A DNA stretch of 63,958 nt, filler included, from Chiloscyllium plagiosum (taxonomy: Eukaryota): the NCBI RefSeq assembly GCF_004010195.1. It is 4 parts of 2 records of this genome, joined end to end, with 100 filler letters (N's around TTAATTAATTAA, not from the genome) between each part and the next. Parts side by side here need not be neighbours in the genome. Positions count along the whole stretch, not along the records: positions 62,664 to 63,958 come from NC_057714.1; 3 more parts are not named here. The stretch is one strand, 5' to 3'. Every line of letters begins with the position of its first letter. The stretch's first letter is position 1. Below the pieces are notes generated by a model. That model did no database searches, was not told where the DNA came from, and saw only the letters and a program-made list of their open reading frames with translations. The translations under genes and the position numbers were made by a program. Positions 62,727 to 63,958 of the stretch are shown one piece after another.

Positions 62727-63958
62727 TATTATGATCGCTGCTTCCTAAGTGTTCCCTTACTTTAAGATTTTTTTATAAAGTCTGGTTCATTACATAGCAC
62801 TAGGTCCAGAATAGCCTGCTCCCTTGTGGGCTCCATGACAAGCTGTTCCAAAAAGCCATCCTGTAAGCATTCCATGAATTGCCTTTCTTTGGATGCACTG
62901 GCAACATTATTTACCCAGTCCACCTGCATATTGAAGTCTCCCATGATCACTGTGACCTTGCCTTTCTGACATGCCTTCTCTATTTCTTGGTACATGTTGC
63001 GCCCCTGGTCCTGACCACTGTACATAACTCCTATTATGGTTTTTTTGCCTTTGTAGTTCCTCAATTCCACCCACACAGACTCCACATCATCCGACACTAT
63101 GTCATTCAGTGCCATAGATTTAATTTTGTTCTTAACTAATATGGCCACCCCGCCCTCTCTGCCTGTCTCCCTGTCTTTTCGATAAGTTGAAAATCCTTGG
63201 ATGTTTAACTGCCAGTCCTGACCCCCCTGCAACCACGTCTCTGTGATGCCTACCACATCATAATCATTCATGATGATCTGTGCCATTAGCTCATTTGCTT
63301 TGTTACGAATGCAATGAGCATTCAGGTAAAGTGCCTTAATGCTAGCTTTCTTATCATTAGAGTTATTGGAAGTCATAAGATGTCTTAATTTATCCTTCCT
63401 TTTTTTTGCATTCCCAGTCTGCCTCAAGTTTAAATCCGCCTGCACACATGCTATCCTGCTGCTTATCTTTCCATTAACTCCATACTCCCTGTTGCTTTCA
63501 CTTTCCCTTCTCCCCAACACAGAAGTTTAAAGATCTACTGACCACCCTATTTATCCTCTTCCCAGAACATTGGTACCCGATCGGTTCAGGTGGAGACCGT
63601 CCCAACGGTACAGATCCCCCCGTTCCAAAACTGAAGCCAATGCCCCATGAAGTGGAATCCCTCTTTCCCACACCAATCCCTTAGCCACGTGTTTACTGCC
63701 CTAATTTTCTTATCCCTATGCCAACTGGCACGTGGCTCGGGCATTAATCCAGAGATTATGACCCTTCAGGACCTGTACTTCAATTTCCTTCCTAGTGCTC
63801 GATAATCCCCAAACAGGTCCTCCATCCTAGCTTTGCCTATGTTGTTAGTCCCAACGTGGACCACAACAACTGGATCCTCCCCCTCCCGCTCCAATATCCT
63901 TTCAAGCCGGTCGGAGATGTCCCGCACCCTGGCACCGGGCAGGCAACACACCATGCGA
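62727..63958 (-). mobile_element. CR1 LINE: ORF1 SGNH esterase and ORF2 APE endonuclease
   Basis: ORF1 MVCCLPGARV...VVVHVGTNNI, and ORF2 YLNAHCIRNK, ITETWL, MGDFN and PTREQAILDLVL. Confidence 0.96.

Noticed and set aside
62762..63520. 252-aa ORF, the longest in the window
   Set aside because: It is a CR1 APE endonuclease that terminates prematurely.

Overview
This window is repeat-dense, non-genic or intronic vertebrate DNA, almost certainly from a shark or other elasmobranch. That call is inferred from the HE1-type SINEs, CR1/HER1-type LINEs and the 42-bp minisatellite. No host protein-coding gene could be recognised, and nearly all ORFs in the track are transposon fragments or chance ORFs. 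The window contains many CR1-type LINE fragments (esterase ORF1, APE, RT), HE1/V-SINEs, Deu-type SINEs, L2 remnants, Penelope-like (RT + GIY-YIG) fragments, decayed PIF/Harbinger transposons, two decayed GalEa-like Ty1/copia elements, a solo LTR, an ORF1-only L1/Tx1-like element, a hairpin MITE-like element and three 100-bp scaffold gaps with a TTAATTAATTAA linker. The most interesting signals are: (1) short fold-back, TSD-flanked Penelope-derived elements carrying minimal hammerhead-ribozyme cores, including a perfect tandem pair that could form a dimeric hammerhead; (2) GalEa-like copia fossils, one with a tRNA-iMet primer binding site; (3) two retro-insertions at the same 15-bp site, one an HE1 SINE with an atypical poly(A) tail. 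Family names come from motif recognition by eye, not from database searches, and element boundaries are approximate.
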